A DNA stretch of 64,000 nucleotides from Dehalococcoidia bacterium (GTDB lineage Bacteria > Chloroflexota > Dehalococcoidia > Bin125): assembly GCA_965261225.1 (NCBI GenBank), contig OZ253456.1, forward strand, positions 1,190,099 through 1,254,098. The letters are read 5' to 3'. Made by a program: the position numbers and the translations under genes. Under the pieces are notes generated by a model. That model saw nothing but the letters and a program-made list of their open reading frames with translations. It did no database searches and was not told the origin of the DNA. Shown piece after piece: positions 1-10,100 of the stretch; position 1 is the first letter of the stretch; every line of letters starts with the position of its first letter.

Positions 1-1265
1 GCATTGTCGTCCAGACGGCCAAGTTTGCTTTCATTCGGGCGCCGGTCAAAGCCCCAGTATCCCTGCGTGTTCCTGTTGTTCCATCTACCAACGTTCATCG
101 TCGATTGCCAGATCGCGGTCGTGCCCATGCCGTATTCCGACCAGGAGCCGGCCCGGGTGTCGTCCTCCGAGCGGACCCTCACCTGATAGTTGACATCGGG
201 CTGCAGGCTCGCGATTGTCGTCGTCGTGTCCTGGACACCCTGTGGGCCGTCAGTCCAGGCGGTCTGATCGATAGTGCGGTATTGCAGGTCATATGCGGTG
301 ATCGTCGAAACGGATTCGGTGGGCGCCGTCCAACGCACGGTCAACGCGGTTTGGCCCGCGTCGAACACCGTCGGAGTCTCGGGCGCCGGGGGCGCGCCGC
401 TCTGCTCGTCAATGTCTATCAGCGTCACTGTGATGTCGGCCGAGGTGTTGTTGACGCCGTCGCTGACTTGCACGGTGATGTTGTATATACCACCCGCGCC
501 GTCGTCGTCGGGCGCTTCAAAGTCCTTCGCCTGCGTAAACATCAATGCGCCGCTCGAACTCAGAATGAAGTGGGACTGATCGGCGGCGCCGGTCAGCGCC
601 CAGATCAAGTCTGTAAAATCGGTGTCAGAATCGGTGGCGGAATCGGTGGCGGAACAATTGAACACGCCGACGATTCCCTCAGCAACTGTGAGGGCACTTG
701 CGGTGTTGATCTGCGGGACCGTGCTGTCTGGCACGGTTGAACTCTCCGGCGCGGTCGGTGTTTCCGGCTCGGAGTCCAGTTGCGTGACCAGATCGGTCAA
801 CGGAGCATTAGCCGGATCGGTTACGGGTACGGGGACCGGCTGGGTGACCGGCTGGGTGACAGGCTGGGTGACAGGCTCCGGCGCTGGAGTTTCGCTCACC
901 GTCCCCGTGGTCGTCGTGGACCAGGGTCCGCTCCACGGTCCGTTTCCCGGACCCCCGGTTTCGTATCGGGCGCGCATCCGGATCTTGATGGTCGCTGCCT
1001 CGGTCAGCCCGGTGAGTGTGATCGACGTCGTCACGCCCTCGGGATACTCATTCCCGCGGTCGGCTGCATTATCGGCTTTGAAGGATTGGTACTTGAGACT
1101 CTCTTCGGCCCAGCTAATCCGGTAGTCCGATGGCGCCGGTTCAGGCAAATCCCAGGCGATAGTGAGTTCACCCGGGTTCTCGCTACTGAGCCGAAGGTTT
1201 TCGATGGACCCAGGGGGCGTCGATCCCGTAGCCGGGGCGGCCAGGACGACGAGCATCGCCGTCAT
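1..1265 (-). CDS. Secreted/surface protein with fibronectin type III-like domains (partial; 3' end lies beyond window start)
   Basis: The reverse-strand reading frame is open from about 1334 down to position 1 and has no listed stop because it runs off the window. The translation begins MTAMLVVLAAPATGSTPPGSIENLRLSSENPGELTIAWDLPEPAPSDYRISWAEESLKYQSF... and shows FN3-like beta-sandwich periodicity and Pro/Thr-rich linkers (PVTQPVTQPVTQPV). The first ATG is at 1265 and overlaps the stop of a 99-aa upstream ORF as TGATG, so the exact start is uncertain. Confidence 0.55.
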   Translation of the reverse strand, partial: MTAMLVVLAAPATGSTPPGSIENLRLSSENPGELTIAWDLPEPAPSDYRISWAEESLKYQSFKADNAADRGNEYPEGVTTSITLTGLTEAATIKIRMRARYETGGPGNGPWSGPWSTTTTGTVSETPAPEPVTQPVTQPVTQPVPVPVTDPANAPLTDLVTQLDSEPETPTAPESSTVPDSTVPQINTASALTVAEGIVGVFNCSATDSATDSDTDFTDLIWALTGAADQSHFILSSSGALMFTQAKDFEAPDDDGAGGIYNITVQVSDGVNNTSADITVTLIDIDEQSGAPPAPETPTVFDAGQTALTVRWTAPTESVSTITAYDLQYRTIDQTAWTDGPQGVQDTTTTIASLQPDVNYQVRVRSEDDTRAGSWSEYGMGTTAIWQSTMNVGRWNNRNTQGYWGFDRRPNESKLGRLDDN

Positions 1266-1794
1266 CAGCGCAGTGATCGCGGCGAGGGCCAGAACGCGGA
1301 CCGGCCGAATCGAACGACCAGGTTGCCGTAGTGCCTACCTGTCGCGATGCCCCATAACTTCGACAAGGCGTGTGGGAGAAACCAAACTACGGCGAGTGCG
1401 ACAGCAACCAGTTTCATGGCGGCCCTGCTTCCAACCATGCCGAAGCCGCCATGCAATCGAAGATGTCGGCAATCGCCACCGAAACGGTGGAGATTGATTG
1501 CATAGCGACACGACGACAGACGACTTCGCCGCAAGCAGCGCGCTGCGCTTCGCGACCAAGCCAAACTTGGTGGGTGCTACGAGAACGCCGAATGCGCTCT
1601 CGCCAGCTGCTGACGCGCCCTCAACGGGCGGCGCCAGCGCCGTTCTCTCAATCAGTGCCGCGGCCAGCCACACGGCGAACTCCCAGTTCCGAATCGACCA
1701 GGTGTTATGCGCTGCCGACACTGACGCCGCTCCCTCTCTAGTTCTTGTGTCCTCGCTGAATGAAGCGTGGAACGAGTGTCCTCTCAGAGAATTC

Positions 1795-1900
1795 AACTCC
1801 GTCGTGGCATGTTATCTAATATGAATATGCAAGGCTGGTTATTATAACCGTTGTAAGTCAACTATGATGCGTGTTCAACATCATTAGGTTCCGTATGACA
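1795..1900. promoter_or_regulatory. AT-rich intergenic island with the palindrome GGTTAT-T-ATAACC (1837-1849); candidate promoter/operator for the FN3 surface-protein gene
   Basis: This is a local AT-rich stretch (ctaatatgaatatgcaaggctggttattataaccgttgtaagtcaactatgatg) in an otherwise GC-rich genome. It lies between the Crp-family gene's 3' end and the start of the minus-strand FN3 gene, and it contains a 6-bp-arm palindrome. Confidence 0.3.
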
Positions 1901-2217
1901 CCAGACGCAGATGGGCCGTGGCAGGCTTCGTCGATTGACTGGGCGTGGCCGGCGCAGGACTAGAGCGACGTGTGATTGCCCGAGCGCAAGCCGTCGTTGG
2001 AAGAACGGACCGATGACGACTGGGAAGAACTACGGAGCAAATCGCCGGCCGGATTGCGCATCGGACCAGACGCGAACTCCACGTCAACGACACTCAGCAT
2101 GTCTGCCATCAACCGGTTCCGGACGGTTTGGCTGAGCTCGGGTCAGAAAGCGGCCGGGGTTGCGGGCTAGATTCGTTCAGAATGGATGGGACTGTGAGTT
2201 GCCCGGCGGGTCCTGGA

Positions 2218-2979
2218 TCAATCCAGGTCGGTGTCCGCCAACAGCGGCCGAATCTCCCGCTCGCGCACATCCTGGAAGGCGTGCTCCTTGAGCAGGTCAA
2301 CGTCCGGCACCACCACTTCGCCCGCGAATCTTGCGCCGGGACCGTCGCCCCAGCGGATGACGCGCGCCTCCGAGAGTTCGGCGAGCCCCGCCGCCACTGC
2401 CGACCGTGACATGGTCGTCAGCCGTCCGATGTCCTTCTGGCGCACCGCAACCCGGCGTTCGGCGCCGAAGTCCAGGTCGTCGAGCGCTAACCGCGAAACT
2501 AGCGCCGCCGCCACTCGGGACGGTGGCGCGCCACTCGTCGCCAACGAGACCCAGTAGAAGCAGGCCAGACGCCGCATGACCAGCTCATGCATCCGTACTT
2601 GCACCGAAGGAATGCGATCGACTACCAGCTGCATCACGCTCTTGGGCATTCGGACGACGAAGGTCTCCGTGATTGCCGAGTAGCTCCCGACCCAGCGCTC
2701 GGCGTCCATCAAGAACTCATGCACGCCGATCAGAAACGGCGCGGTCAGCTCCGAGTACGGAGATTGCCAGGCAACCAATGTCCCCTGCTGCACGAAATAG
2801 AGATGCGAAAACGGGGAACCTGACTGAATGAAGGCCGACTCAACGGTGGCTTCCACATAGTCCAGCTCCAGCGTCTCCGGCGACTCTTCGAGGACGCCGT
2901 CCAACTCCTCGCTGGGGACCGACATGAAGTCGGGGCAGCGGACCAACCCCTTGGCAAATCCGGAGACCTGGACAGGCAT
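2218..2979 (-). CDS. Crp/Fnr-family transcriptional regulator (cNMP-binding domain plus C-terminal HTH)
   Basis: The 253-aa ORF has a central beta-roll-like region (FSHLYFVQQGTLVAW...ELTAPFLIGVHEFL) and a C-terminal helix-turn-helix (RQKDIGRLTTMSRSAVAAGLAELSEARVI) that matches the Crp-family DNA-binding helix pattern. The true start may be the internal MSVPSEEL at about 2925. Confidence 0.75.
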   Translation of the reverse strand: MPVQVSGFAKGLVRCPDFMSVPSEELDGVLEESPETLELDYVEATVESAFIQSGSPFSHLYFVQQGTLVAWQSPYSELTAPFLIGVHEFLMDAERWVGSYSAITETFVVRMPKSVMQLVVDRIPSVQVRMHELVMRRLACFYWVSLATSGAPPSRVAAALVSRLALDDLDFGAERRVAVRQKDIGRLTTMSRSAVAAGLAELSEARVIRWGDGPGARFAGEVVVPDVDLLKEHAFQDVREREIRPLLADTDLD

Positions 2980-3282
2980 GCGCGGCGATTTCTCTACGAT
3001 TTGCTCTGTACCCTAGTCCAGTCGGCAACCTGAGAACACAAACCATCGATCTGGCTGGTCGCTTACGGCCGGAGGACATCCTCGGATGCGCAAAGCACGA
3101 CCCGGGCAGGCAGCTGATCCGTGCCGGCGGCGGCTGCCAATCTGCGACAGCCAGGGGTTGTTCACATTGGCGGCTGTCCTCGTTGCCCCGTGTCAAGCAC
3201 GGGGAAACGGAATGCAGCGGTTTCGTACCTTGTGGTCGCTGTCTGAAACTAGAGATCACTGGTTGCAAGTGCTGGTACCGGA

Positions 3283-3297
3283 TGTGTGAACAGGCCC
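3283..3297 (+). promoter_or_regulatory. 15-nt motif TGTGTGAACAGGCCC; the same 15-mer recurs at 24982-24996 and, as an inverted 12-mer, at 24559-24570
   Basis: Three identical occurrences of such a long motif in intergenic DNA are unlikely by chance. This copy is about 300 bp upstream of the Crp-family gene start and immediately precedes the nested-repeat element. Confidence 0.3.
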
Positions 3298-3326
3298 AAG
3301 TTGAGACCGATGCAACACCTTTGATC

Positions 3327-3727
3327 TGCATCTCCCCCCTTGCGGAGACCAATGCATAACTCCCCTTCTCCCCCCATGCGGGGGAGATGCCGAAGGCAGA
3401 GGGGGGGGCTCCCTATCGCAATGCCTATCTGGTCGTCGCCGGCGCCCTCCCACTGTCACTCCGTGACATCTCCCCCCGCAGGGAGACCTTTGAATAAGTC
3501 ACGCATGGGGAATCTCCCAGTCCCCGCCTCCGCGCGGGGACCCGCTCCGCTTCGCCCTGCTCTCGCCTGTTCATCGCTCCTTACCAGATATGCAACCGAC
3601 CCTTCGTCGCTCAGCCGGCGAGGAACGGGGGCAGGTCCCCGCGCGGAGGCGGGGACTGAGAACCGCAAGTGCCGGACTAATTCAAAGGTCTCCGCAGGGG
3701 GGGAGAGAGGAACTGAGAGTTATGCAT
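3327..3727. repeat. Roughly 400-bp intergenic element of nested GC-rich inverted repeats (possible MITE or structured RNA)
   Basis: Three copies of a 20-nt motif are present: TCTCCCCCCTTGCGGAGACC at 3331-3350 and 3469-3488 (direct) and 3687-3706 (inverted). There is a perfect 22-bp inverted-repeat pair, GTCCCCGCCTCCGCGCGGGGAC, at 3520-3541 and 3635-3656, 93 bp apart. A perfect hairpin tctcccccc-atgc-gggggaga sits at 3367-3387. An outer pair atgcataactc / gagttatgcat lies at 3352-3362 and 3717-3727. The only ORF over this region (3340-3939+) is low-complexity. Confidence 0.6.
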
Positions 3728-3733
3728 CACTCT

Positions 3734-6700
3734 CTAGTTGGGGCTGGCGAAGACGCCGATGGCCAGTGGATTCCTGCCCGACACCGTTACCCAACCCCGG
3801 TTCTCTGGTGAGGACGTGTAGTGCCTGGATTTGGTCTGGTCGCCGATACTCCAACCAGCCGCTCCCGATGTGTCCTCGCTGTTCGAGTTGGACTCAGCGA
3901 CGCGGTAGAACGAGTTCGGGTGTTCGCTCAGCGACCTGAACACGATCCAGTACTTCGTGCTCGCCTCAAGCGTCACGCCCGCGCACGTCCCGGCGTACAT
4001 CTCGTCCGGCCAGTCTCCGGTCAACCGTATCAGCCCCGTCTCGTAGCCCGTGAGCCGTTCGAGCTGGCAGAGCTCAGTGCCGGGGCGGTTGGCGGTGGTG
4101 TTGCTGTAGATGGCGACCTGGGGCGCCGCGCGCGTCGGCACGAGCTGCACGGCGGTCACGAGAAGATCGGCACCCACGTAATGCGCGGGTTCATCGGCCA
4201 ATTCGGGGTTTTCGTCGTCGTCCACGCGCACCGCCACTTTGCCAATCACCTCGCTGTAGCCGCCGCCGTTAGCGGTGTGCACCAGCGTGACATCGTCGTC
4301 CGTGCTGTCGGTATCCTCCGCGCTGCTCACTGTCACCGTCTGCGCCTGGTCCCAGGTCGATGAGGTGAAGGTCAGCGAGGCCGGGGCCACGCTGACGTCC
4401 GTGTCCGCGGCGCCGGTGATGACCACCGTCACGTCGGCCGAGGGCCGCGTGCTCAGCTCGACGGTATAGTTCACGCTGAGCCCTTCGACTACCGTCAGCG
4501 TCCTGTCATCGACGACGATGCTGTAGGCCGGGGTCCCAATAGCAACGTTGGCGCCGACAACGCCGGTGATCGTGGCGGTACCCACCCGGGCGGAACGGCG
4601 GCCCATGCTGATGTAGGCCGCGAGCTTGTCCAGCGTGTAGCCCGCGGCATGCGAACCGGTGGTGAAGTCGATCGCCATCTCCTTGACGTGCCCGGTCAAG
4701 CCGTCTTCGGTCAGGTGGCCGACGTTGTAAAACTTAAGACTGTTGTTGGCCCGCTGTCGCAGGTTGCTCACCATGAGCCGCAGCTCCGGCAGTTTGCTGA
4801 GCGTGACCGTGTAGGGGCCGGTGTAGCGGTTCCTGTCTTCTTCGCGGTTCAAGTCGTTGTCCGACTCGACCTGCACGTACATGGTCGAGGTGCCCACCGC
4901 GACCGGCCAGAAGTCGAGCACGGCGTGGCCGTCGTAGTTGTTGTCCCACAGGTCGCCTCGGGCCACCGCCGGCCGGCCCATCGTCGACGAGAAGATATCG
5001 AGCGAACCACCAACCACGTTCGCGCCGAGGAAGTCCACCTCGAGGCGATACTGGCGGTAATGCTCCAGGCCATCGATCCTGAACCAGTCTCTGTCCGAGG
5101 CGTCATCCAGCGTGCCGATCGAGTACTCTCCGAGCCGGACCCGCCCCGGCGTCGCTTCGGAAGCCGGGAAGTCCTGTCCGAGCTGTTCGGCCTGTTCGGC
5201 CCGGCCGAGTGGCGCCACTCTACCTTTCAGGCCGAACTTGACTTCGCCGCCGAAGGACCAGCCGGGAAGGCTCCCCGTATCCATCTCCGTGGCAGTCGTT
5301 GGACGGAAGTACGTTCGCCTGTTAACTCCTTTGCGGTCGTAATCCTGATCACGAACCTGGAACTGGACCCAGTACTTGGTGGACGGGAACAGGAACACGT
5401 CCAGGTACTCAAAGGTGAAGTCATGGTCCTGAAGGAGTGCCCCCTACCCGGCCCAGCTCTGCCAGTTTCACTCCCGGACTGCCGCCCTTGTCCGTCCACA
5501 GGGACACGATGAGAAAGTCGTTCCCGTTGAAGGCCCTGAAACTGAAGCTGTTAACCAAGAACCCCGATCCACCCGGATCGGTTGTGAACGACTGCCGGAA
5601 TCGAACTTCAGCGGAGGTAAGGGTGTTGGCAGGCGTAATCTTCGCGTTCGGCTTGCCCAGGTTGCTGGCCAACGTCACGATCGGGTTGTCGTTGAACGAC
5701 AGGATCCGGTTCTCGTCAACCGCTTGCTGCTGCTCTGCGATCAGTGGTTCTTCGGGTTCCGGGGTCGGAAGGCTCGTCACCCGTGGCGCGGGCAGGGTGG
5801 TGACGTTGCCGGTCGACTGCGGCCCGGCGCCAGGCTGCGCGTGCCCGGGGTCGGGCCGGAACCGGACTTACCGGGCTTGGCCTCAGCGCTCGGCGACGGC
5901 GTCGGTGACGGCGTCGTGGTGCTCGCGGACACCGACGGCGCTCCCTCGCCGGCCGCGCTGAGCGCCACCACGGCGTAGACGTAGGTCGTCAAAGGACTCA
6001 CGCTGGCATCCACATAGCTCGTCGCCGTGCTGCCCGTGTCGGTCGCGATTACCGAGAGCGACACGGCGTCAGTCCCTCGCAGGATCCGGTAGCCGCTGAT
6101 CGCGCTGTGCGCCGGCGCCGTCCAGGACAGCGTCACGCTGCCGCCGGTGTGAACGTCAAGCGGGACCACTGTTCCCGACTCTCGTCCGACCACTCCGTCC
6201 CCGCGACGACGGCGCCGGAGGCGTCATGCACCGACTCGACGATCGGCGCCAGCAAGGTGCAGTCAACACCCGGCGTGCCCAACACCTGGATCCGGTAGGC
6301 GTGCCCGGCCGTCAAGTCCGCCGCGAACCAGTCCGTGTCCCACAGGGCGGTGCTTTCGGTCAGCCGCCCGCGGGCCGCCTGGTCGAGGGCAACCACCCCG
6401 GTCGTGTCGCCGGTCCCGGGTAGATCACCCGCGGCCGGCTCGGAGCGGCTCTGGCCGCTTCGCCCACTGCTCAACGGCACGGTGTCCGGCGTCGTCTCGG
6501 GTTCGGTCTCGGATGGCGTAATGGGATCGGTCACAGGTGGCGTCACCGGTTCGGTCGCAGGTTCGATCACCGGCGTCGTGACGGGCTGCGCCGTTGGCGC
6601 CGGCGTCGGCCTGGTCAGCGCCAGCACGAATCGGTCGCCCGCGCCGATCCTCGTCAGGATCGCGCGTCCCGTCGTCGGCACGTTGAAGTTCACGTAACCG

Positions 6701-7210
6701 CCGCCGACCGTCTCGACGTCGTTCGCCGCAAAGCTGGTCGTGCCGCTATCGGTCTGTACCCACACCGTCAGGTCGACGCCCGCTCCTGACACGCCGAAAT
6801 AGGCGCGCAGCACCAGGGGGCCGTGGTCATTCAGCCGCAGCAGAGACCCATTGCGGTTGGGGACCATCACCCGCACGATCTTCGAATCGGCGCTCAGGTT
6901 GACGTCGCCCTCAAGCAGCGAACCCGTCGCGCCCCAGCGCGAATCGGCTGCCGTATAGAGGGTCTTGGCCCCACCCGCCGTAAACGAGGCGAGCGCCACC
7001 GCCTGCAATCCGTTCTGGTCGAAATCGGCGACCCGTGAGCGAACTGATCTGAGCCTCCGCCAACCCGTTGCCGCTCAGCGATGCGACGGCGAGCCATCCG
7101 ATCAGGACCAGAGCCAGAATGCCGGCAAGCCGCACGAGGCGACGCCGCGGCCGCTTGGCGGCCGGAGACGCCTGGACGTATGTTGTCGTTGATCGCTCGA
7201 TCTGGCTCAT
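3734..7210 (-). pseudogene. Large secreted surface protein (signal anchor, FN3 domain, PT-rich linker, PPC-like and Ig-like/cadherin-like domains) split over at least 4 reading-frame segments
   Basis: The collinear minus-strand ORFs are 6911-7210 (N-terminal RPRRRLVRLAGILALVLIGWLAVA signal anchor), 6133-7008, 5777-6193 (FN3: VTLSWTAPAHSAISGYRILRG...TYVYAVVAL), 5421-5780 and 3734-5398 (PPC-like DWFRIDGLEHYRQYRLEV and SLTFTSSTWDQAQTVTVSS...DDDVTLVH repeat). They overlap by 4 to 98 nt in different frames. The same region in two frames (LVYGGWGQD versus AGGAKTLYTAADSRWG) indicates frameshifts rather than separate genes. Confidence 0.5.
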
Positions 7211-7215
7211 GCTCG

Positions 7216-7330
7216 GCTCCTTCTACCGCAGTTCGCGAACTGCGGTTCGTCAGGAATGATTCGACCGATACGGATTCAAGAAACCATAGTTGAAAGAGTA
7301 TTGCACATATTTCAGTTGGTTGTCAGAAAT
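7216..7330. promoter_or_regulatory. AT-rich upstream region of the 3734-7210 gene with the palindrome ATATTTC-N13-GAAATAT
   Basis: This is the only strongly AT-rich stretch nearby (ccatagttgaaagagtattgcacatatttcagttggttgtcagaaatatttgaatatgg). It lies directly upstream of the signal-anchor start at 7210. Confidence 0.35.
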
Positions 7331-7478
7331 ATTTGAATATGGTTTTCTACATCCATCATCGCGGAAGAGATTGAAACTCTGCTCAGGCCGGGCCGCCGTT
7401 CGCTCCCCGAACCCTGAGTCTGCCAGCTTCGCCGTCGCATCATCCGCACGAGAGGTCGCCTTGACAGGAGCATCTGTG

Positions 7479-8258
7479 TCAACAATCTATGAAGACGAGC
7501 GCTCCGAGTAGTGCCATGCCCAGCATGATCGCGCCACTCCAGGCGGCGAAATAGAACGGGCGCCCATCTAGGCGTTTTGCTTCGCCGACCCACGCCTGTA
7601 GCAAGTAGTGTGCGCCAAAGACCCATACAATCGTGGCGAGAGATCCGAGATAGATGGCGGCGAGTCCTGAATAGTCTTCGCTACTGTTAGCGTCTTGAAC
7701 CGACATGCAGGAGCCCAGGAACGGGAAAGCAACGGTGGCGAACAGGGCGGGGCCCGCAAACATTCCGGCGAGTGTCGCCGTGACTCGCGGAAAGAGCGGC
7801 GTCCAGACCCACGTGATCCCTGCCGCGAGCATGATTCCTAGCCAACGCAACGGGCCGAACTCAAGCTCCGGCACGAACTCGGACTGCGGCGCCCTCCAAG
7901 TCCACGCAAGGTATGTGAACAATCCGACTAGTGAGGCCGCCATTAACAGCGGGAGCCAGGGACCGACATGGCTCCCGCGCAGCGCCAGGATCCGGTCCGC
8001 GCCGAAGCGCAGCCGGGCGGCGGCGACCGCCGTCAGCGGGACGATCGCCAACTCGACGCCTGGCAGTATGACCTCGATCGACCCGAACCTGCGACCAAGA
8101 AGGAGCTCACTGATGCCGAGCCATACGGTCAGGCCGAAGACCCACACGACAGCTACCAGCAACGCAAGAAGCACGACCCAGCCAAAAACCTCGACTGCTT
8201 GCCCAACCGCGCCGCCATTTTCTTTGTGCAACCGTCGCTCCTCCTCGGTTCGCGGCAA
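7479..8258 (-). CDS. Polytopic integral membrane protein of unknown family (copy 1 of a tandem triplication)
   Basis: The 259-aa ORF has about 7 hydrophobic helices and the conserved segment LPLFPRVTATLAGMFAGPALFA. It is a paralog of 8546-9313 across its whole length. Confidence 0.6.
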   Translation of the reverse strand: MPRTEEERRLHKENGGAVGQAVEVFGWVVLLALLVAVVWVFGLTVWLGISELLLGRRFGSIEVILPGVELAIVPLTAVAAARLRFGADRILALRGSHVGPWLPLLMAASLVGLFTYLAWTWRAPQSEFVPELEFGPLRWLGIMLAAGITWVWTPLFPRVTATLAGMFAGPALFATVAFPFLGSCMSVQDANSSEDYSGLAAIYLGSLATIVWVFGAHYLLQAWVGEAKRLDGRPFYFAAWSGAIMLGMALLGALVFIDC

Positions 8259-8545
8259 CTGTCGACAGCCTGAAAAGTGAATCAGGCTGGCGGACGACGG
8301 CTGGCCGGTGGGTGCGAGCGTACCGGTTCGATCGGAGCAACAACGTGGGGATCAACGCCGATTCATTTGAGTGATTGTGCTTGGGAAGGATCCGCCCCAG
8401 GCGACCTGCGACCTCTTCCTTGGAAGGGTTGTGCGGTCGAGGGGGACATTGATAGACCTCAGCCCGCTCAGGTTATCCCTCTGGGCGGGCTCGATCCGCC
8501 CAGTTCGTCATCCGATGTCGGCGCAGTGCAGCATCAGAGGACGCG

Positions 8546-9313
8546 CTAAAAGGTTATTCCACGCACCGCCAGAAACAGCATCAACGCCCCACTCCAGACC
8601 GCGTAGCTCAACGGCGGCCGGTCCTGGCGCACCAGGTCGCCACGCCGCCCCAGGTAGCTCAAGCAAATCACCCCCAGCAGCCAAAAGAACGCTGCCGGCA
8701 GGCCGAGACCGCCGGCCACGCCGGCCAGTCCATCAGACCCTGGCGAGGCGAGCTGCATGTGCGAGCCAAAGAACGTGTAGCCAATCATGGCAAACAGGGC
8801 GGGACCGGCGATCATCCCGGCCAGGGTCGCCGTAATCCGCGGAAAGAGCGGCAGCCAGACAACCGTGAACGCCGCCGCGAGCGCGGTTCCCAGCCAGCGC
8901 ACGAGGCCGAATTCTGGTACCGGTCCAATAGTGGTCAGCGCGGTCTCCCAGGACCAATAAAGATACGCGACCAACCCGACCAGCGCCGCTGCCATCAGCA
9001 AGCCGAGACCGGGGCCGACGCGGCTCGCGCAGAGCGCGATCAACCGGTCCGCCCCAACGCGCCATCGTGCGGCAGCGATCGCGGCGAGCGGCATGATCAC
9101 CAACTCAACACCAGGAAGCGTGGCTCTCCCCGGAGGACGGTGGTGAAGTGTGTCATCCAAAAGGAACGCGCCGATCGCGCCGAAGTAGAACATCAGAGTC
9201 GTCACCACTAGGAGCAGCGCGATCCAGCCCAGGCCTTCAGCCAACTGTTCCGTAGCGCCTCCGATCCCTGCATTCATCGAACACTCCCCCTCTTGGCCTC
9301 CCACACGCATCAT
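8546..9313 (-). CDS. Polytopic integral membrane protein, paralog copy 2
   Basis: The 255-aa ORF is collinear with copy 1 (LPLFPRITATLAGMIAGPALFAMIGYTFFGSHM). The upstream intergenic DNA is also duplicated: ccttggaagggttgtgcggtcgagggggacattgatagacctcagcccgctcagg matches the corresponding stretch ahead of copy 3. Confidence 0.6.
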   Translation of the reverse strand: MMRVGGQEGECSMNAGIGGATEQLAEGLGWIALLLVVTTLMFYFGAIGAFLLDDTLHHRPPGRATLPGVELVIMPLAAIAAARWRVGADRLIALCASRVGPGLGLLMAAALVGLVAYLYWSWETALTTIGPVPEFGLVRWLGTALAAAFTVVWLPLFPRITATLAGMIAGPALFAMIGYTFFGSHMQLASPGSDGLAGVAGGLGLPAAFFWLLGVICLSYLGRRGDLVRQDRPPLSYAVWSGALMLFLAVRGITF

Positions 9314-9596
9314 TAGCCAACGTGGTATGCAGTGTCACGCTCGTGACGCAAGAGTGACAGTCCAGGGCGATTTGCGGGCGTGCGCTGATTTGCGTGGCTT
9401 CGACATTTGCGCACCGACGCGACCAGCCGCAGGCGGTGGGGCGGACCAGATCGCTGTTTGGCGAGCCGCTATCGATTCCCTGGAAGAGCTGGGCAGTCCG
9501 GGCGGACATCGATGGAGCTCAGCCCGTTCGGGCGCTCACGACAGCAGCGTCAGCGGCTGGGCTCTCCACCGTGACCACAGTATTGACGCATCGATT

Positions 9597-10100
9597 TCAA
9601 CAGGCTGTGTAGGGAGTCGTTCCCCATATCGTCAGTCCCAGCATGATTGCACCGCTCCAGAGCGCATGAGCCGAAGGTCGCCGACCTTGGCGAACCAATT
9701 CGCCAAACCATTCCCGGTGACTCAGCCAGATGGCGCCGGGCAGCCACACAGCCATACTCGCCAAGGCGAACAAGAGCCCCGGGATTATCAGGAGCAGGCC
9801 GGGTGACTCGTGGTTGGGAAGCTGAGCGGGCATGCACGAGGCAAAGAACGTATAGCCAACGATGGCAACCAGGGCGGGACCGGCGATCATCCCGGCCAGG
9901 GTCGCCGTGACACGGGGGAAGAGCGGCAGCCAAATGATCGTGAACGCAGCCGCGAGCGCGACGCCCAGCCAGCGCACCAGGCCGAACTGGGGAATCGGGC
10001 CGACAGTGGTCAGCTGCGCCTCCCAGGATCACATGAGAGACGCAATGAGGCCGACCAGCGCCACCGCCATCAGCCAGGCGAGGTAGAGGCCGACGACACC
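9597..10100 (-). pseudogene. Truncated third copy of the membrane-protein gene with an in-frame TGG-to-TGA nonsense change (10029-10031)
   Basis: The C-terminal 126 aa (9597-9977) align with copies 1 and 2. Upstream, the frame continues the homology (…LVGLIASLM*) but hits TGA where copy 2 encodes Trp (YLYWSW). The homology ends at about 10100, so the N-terminal third is missing. Confidence 0.55.

Noticed and set aside
1265-1564. 99-aa ORF with a signal-peptide-like MKLVAVALAVVWFLPHALS overlapping the FN3 gene start as TGATG
   Set aside because: It could be a frameshifted true N-terminus of the FN3 protein, but the rest of its translation is Arg/His-rich junk. I recorded the uncertainty in the FN3 feature instead of calling a separate gene.
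3327-3727. Possibility that the repeated 20-mers form a CRISPR array
   Set aside because: The copies are in mixed orientation, irregularly spaced, and interleaved with other inverted repeats. There are no uniform direct repeats or spacers.
3340-3939. 199-aa ORF spanning the nested inverted-repeat element
   Set aside because: Its translation is dominated by the GC-rich repeats (PPMRGRCRRQRGG...). There is no ribosome-binding site, and it overlaps the 3' end of the 3734-5398 segment. I treat the region as non-coding.
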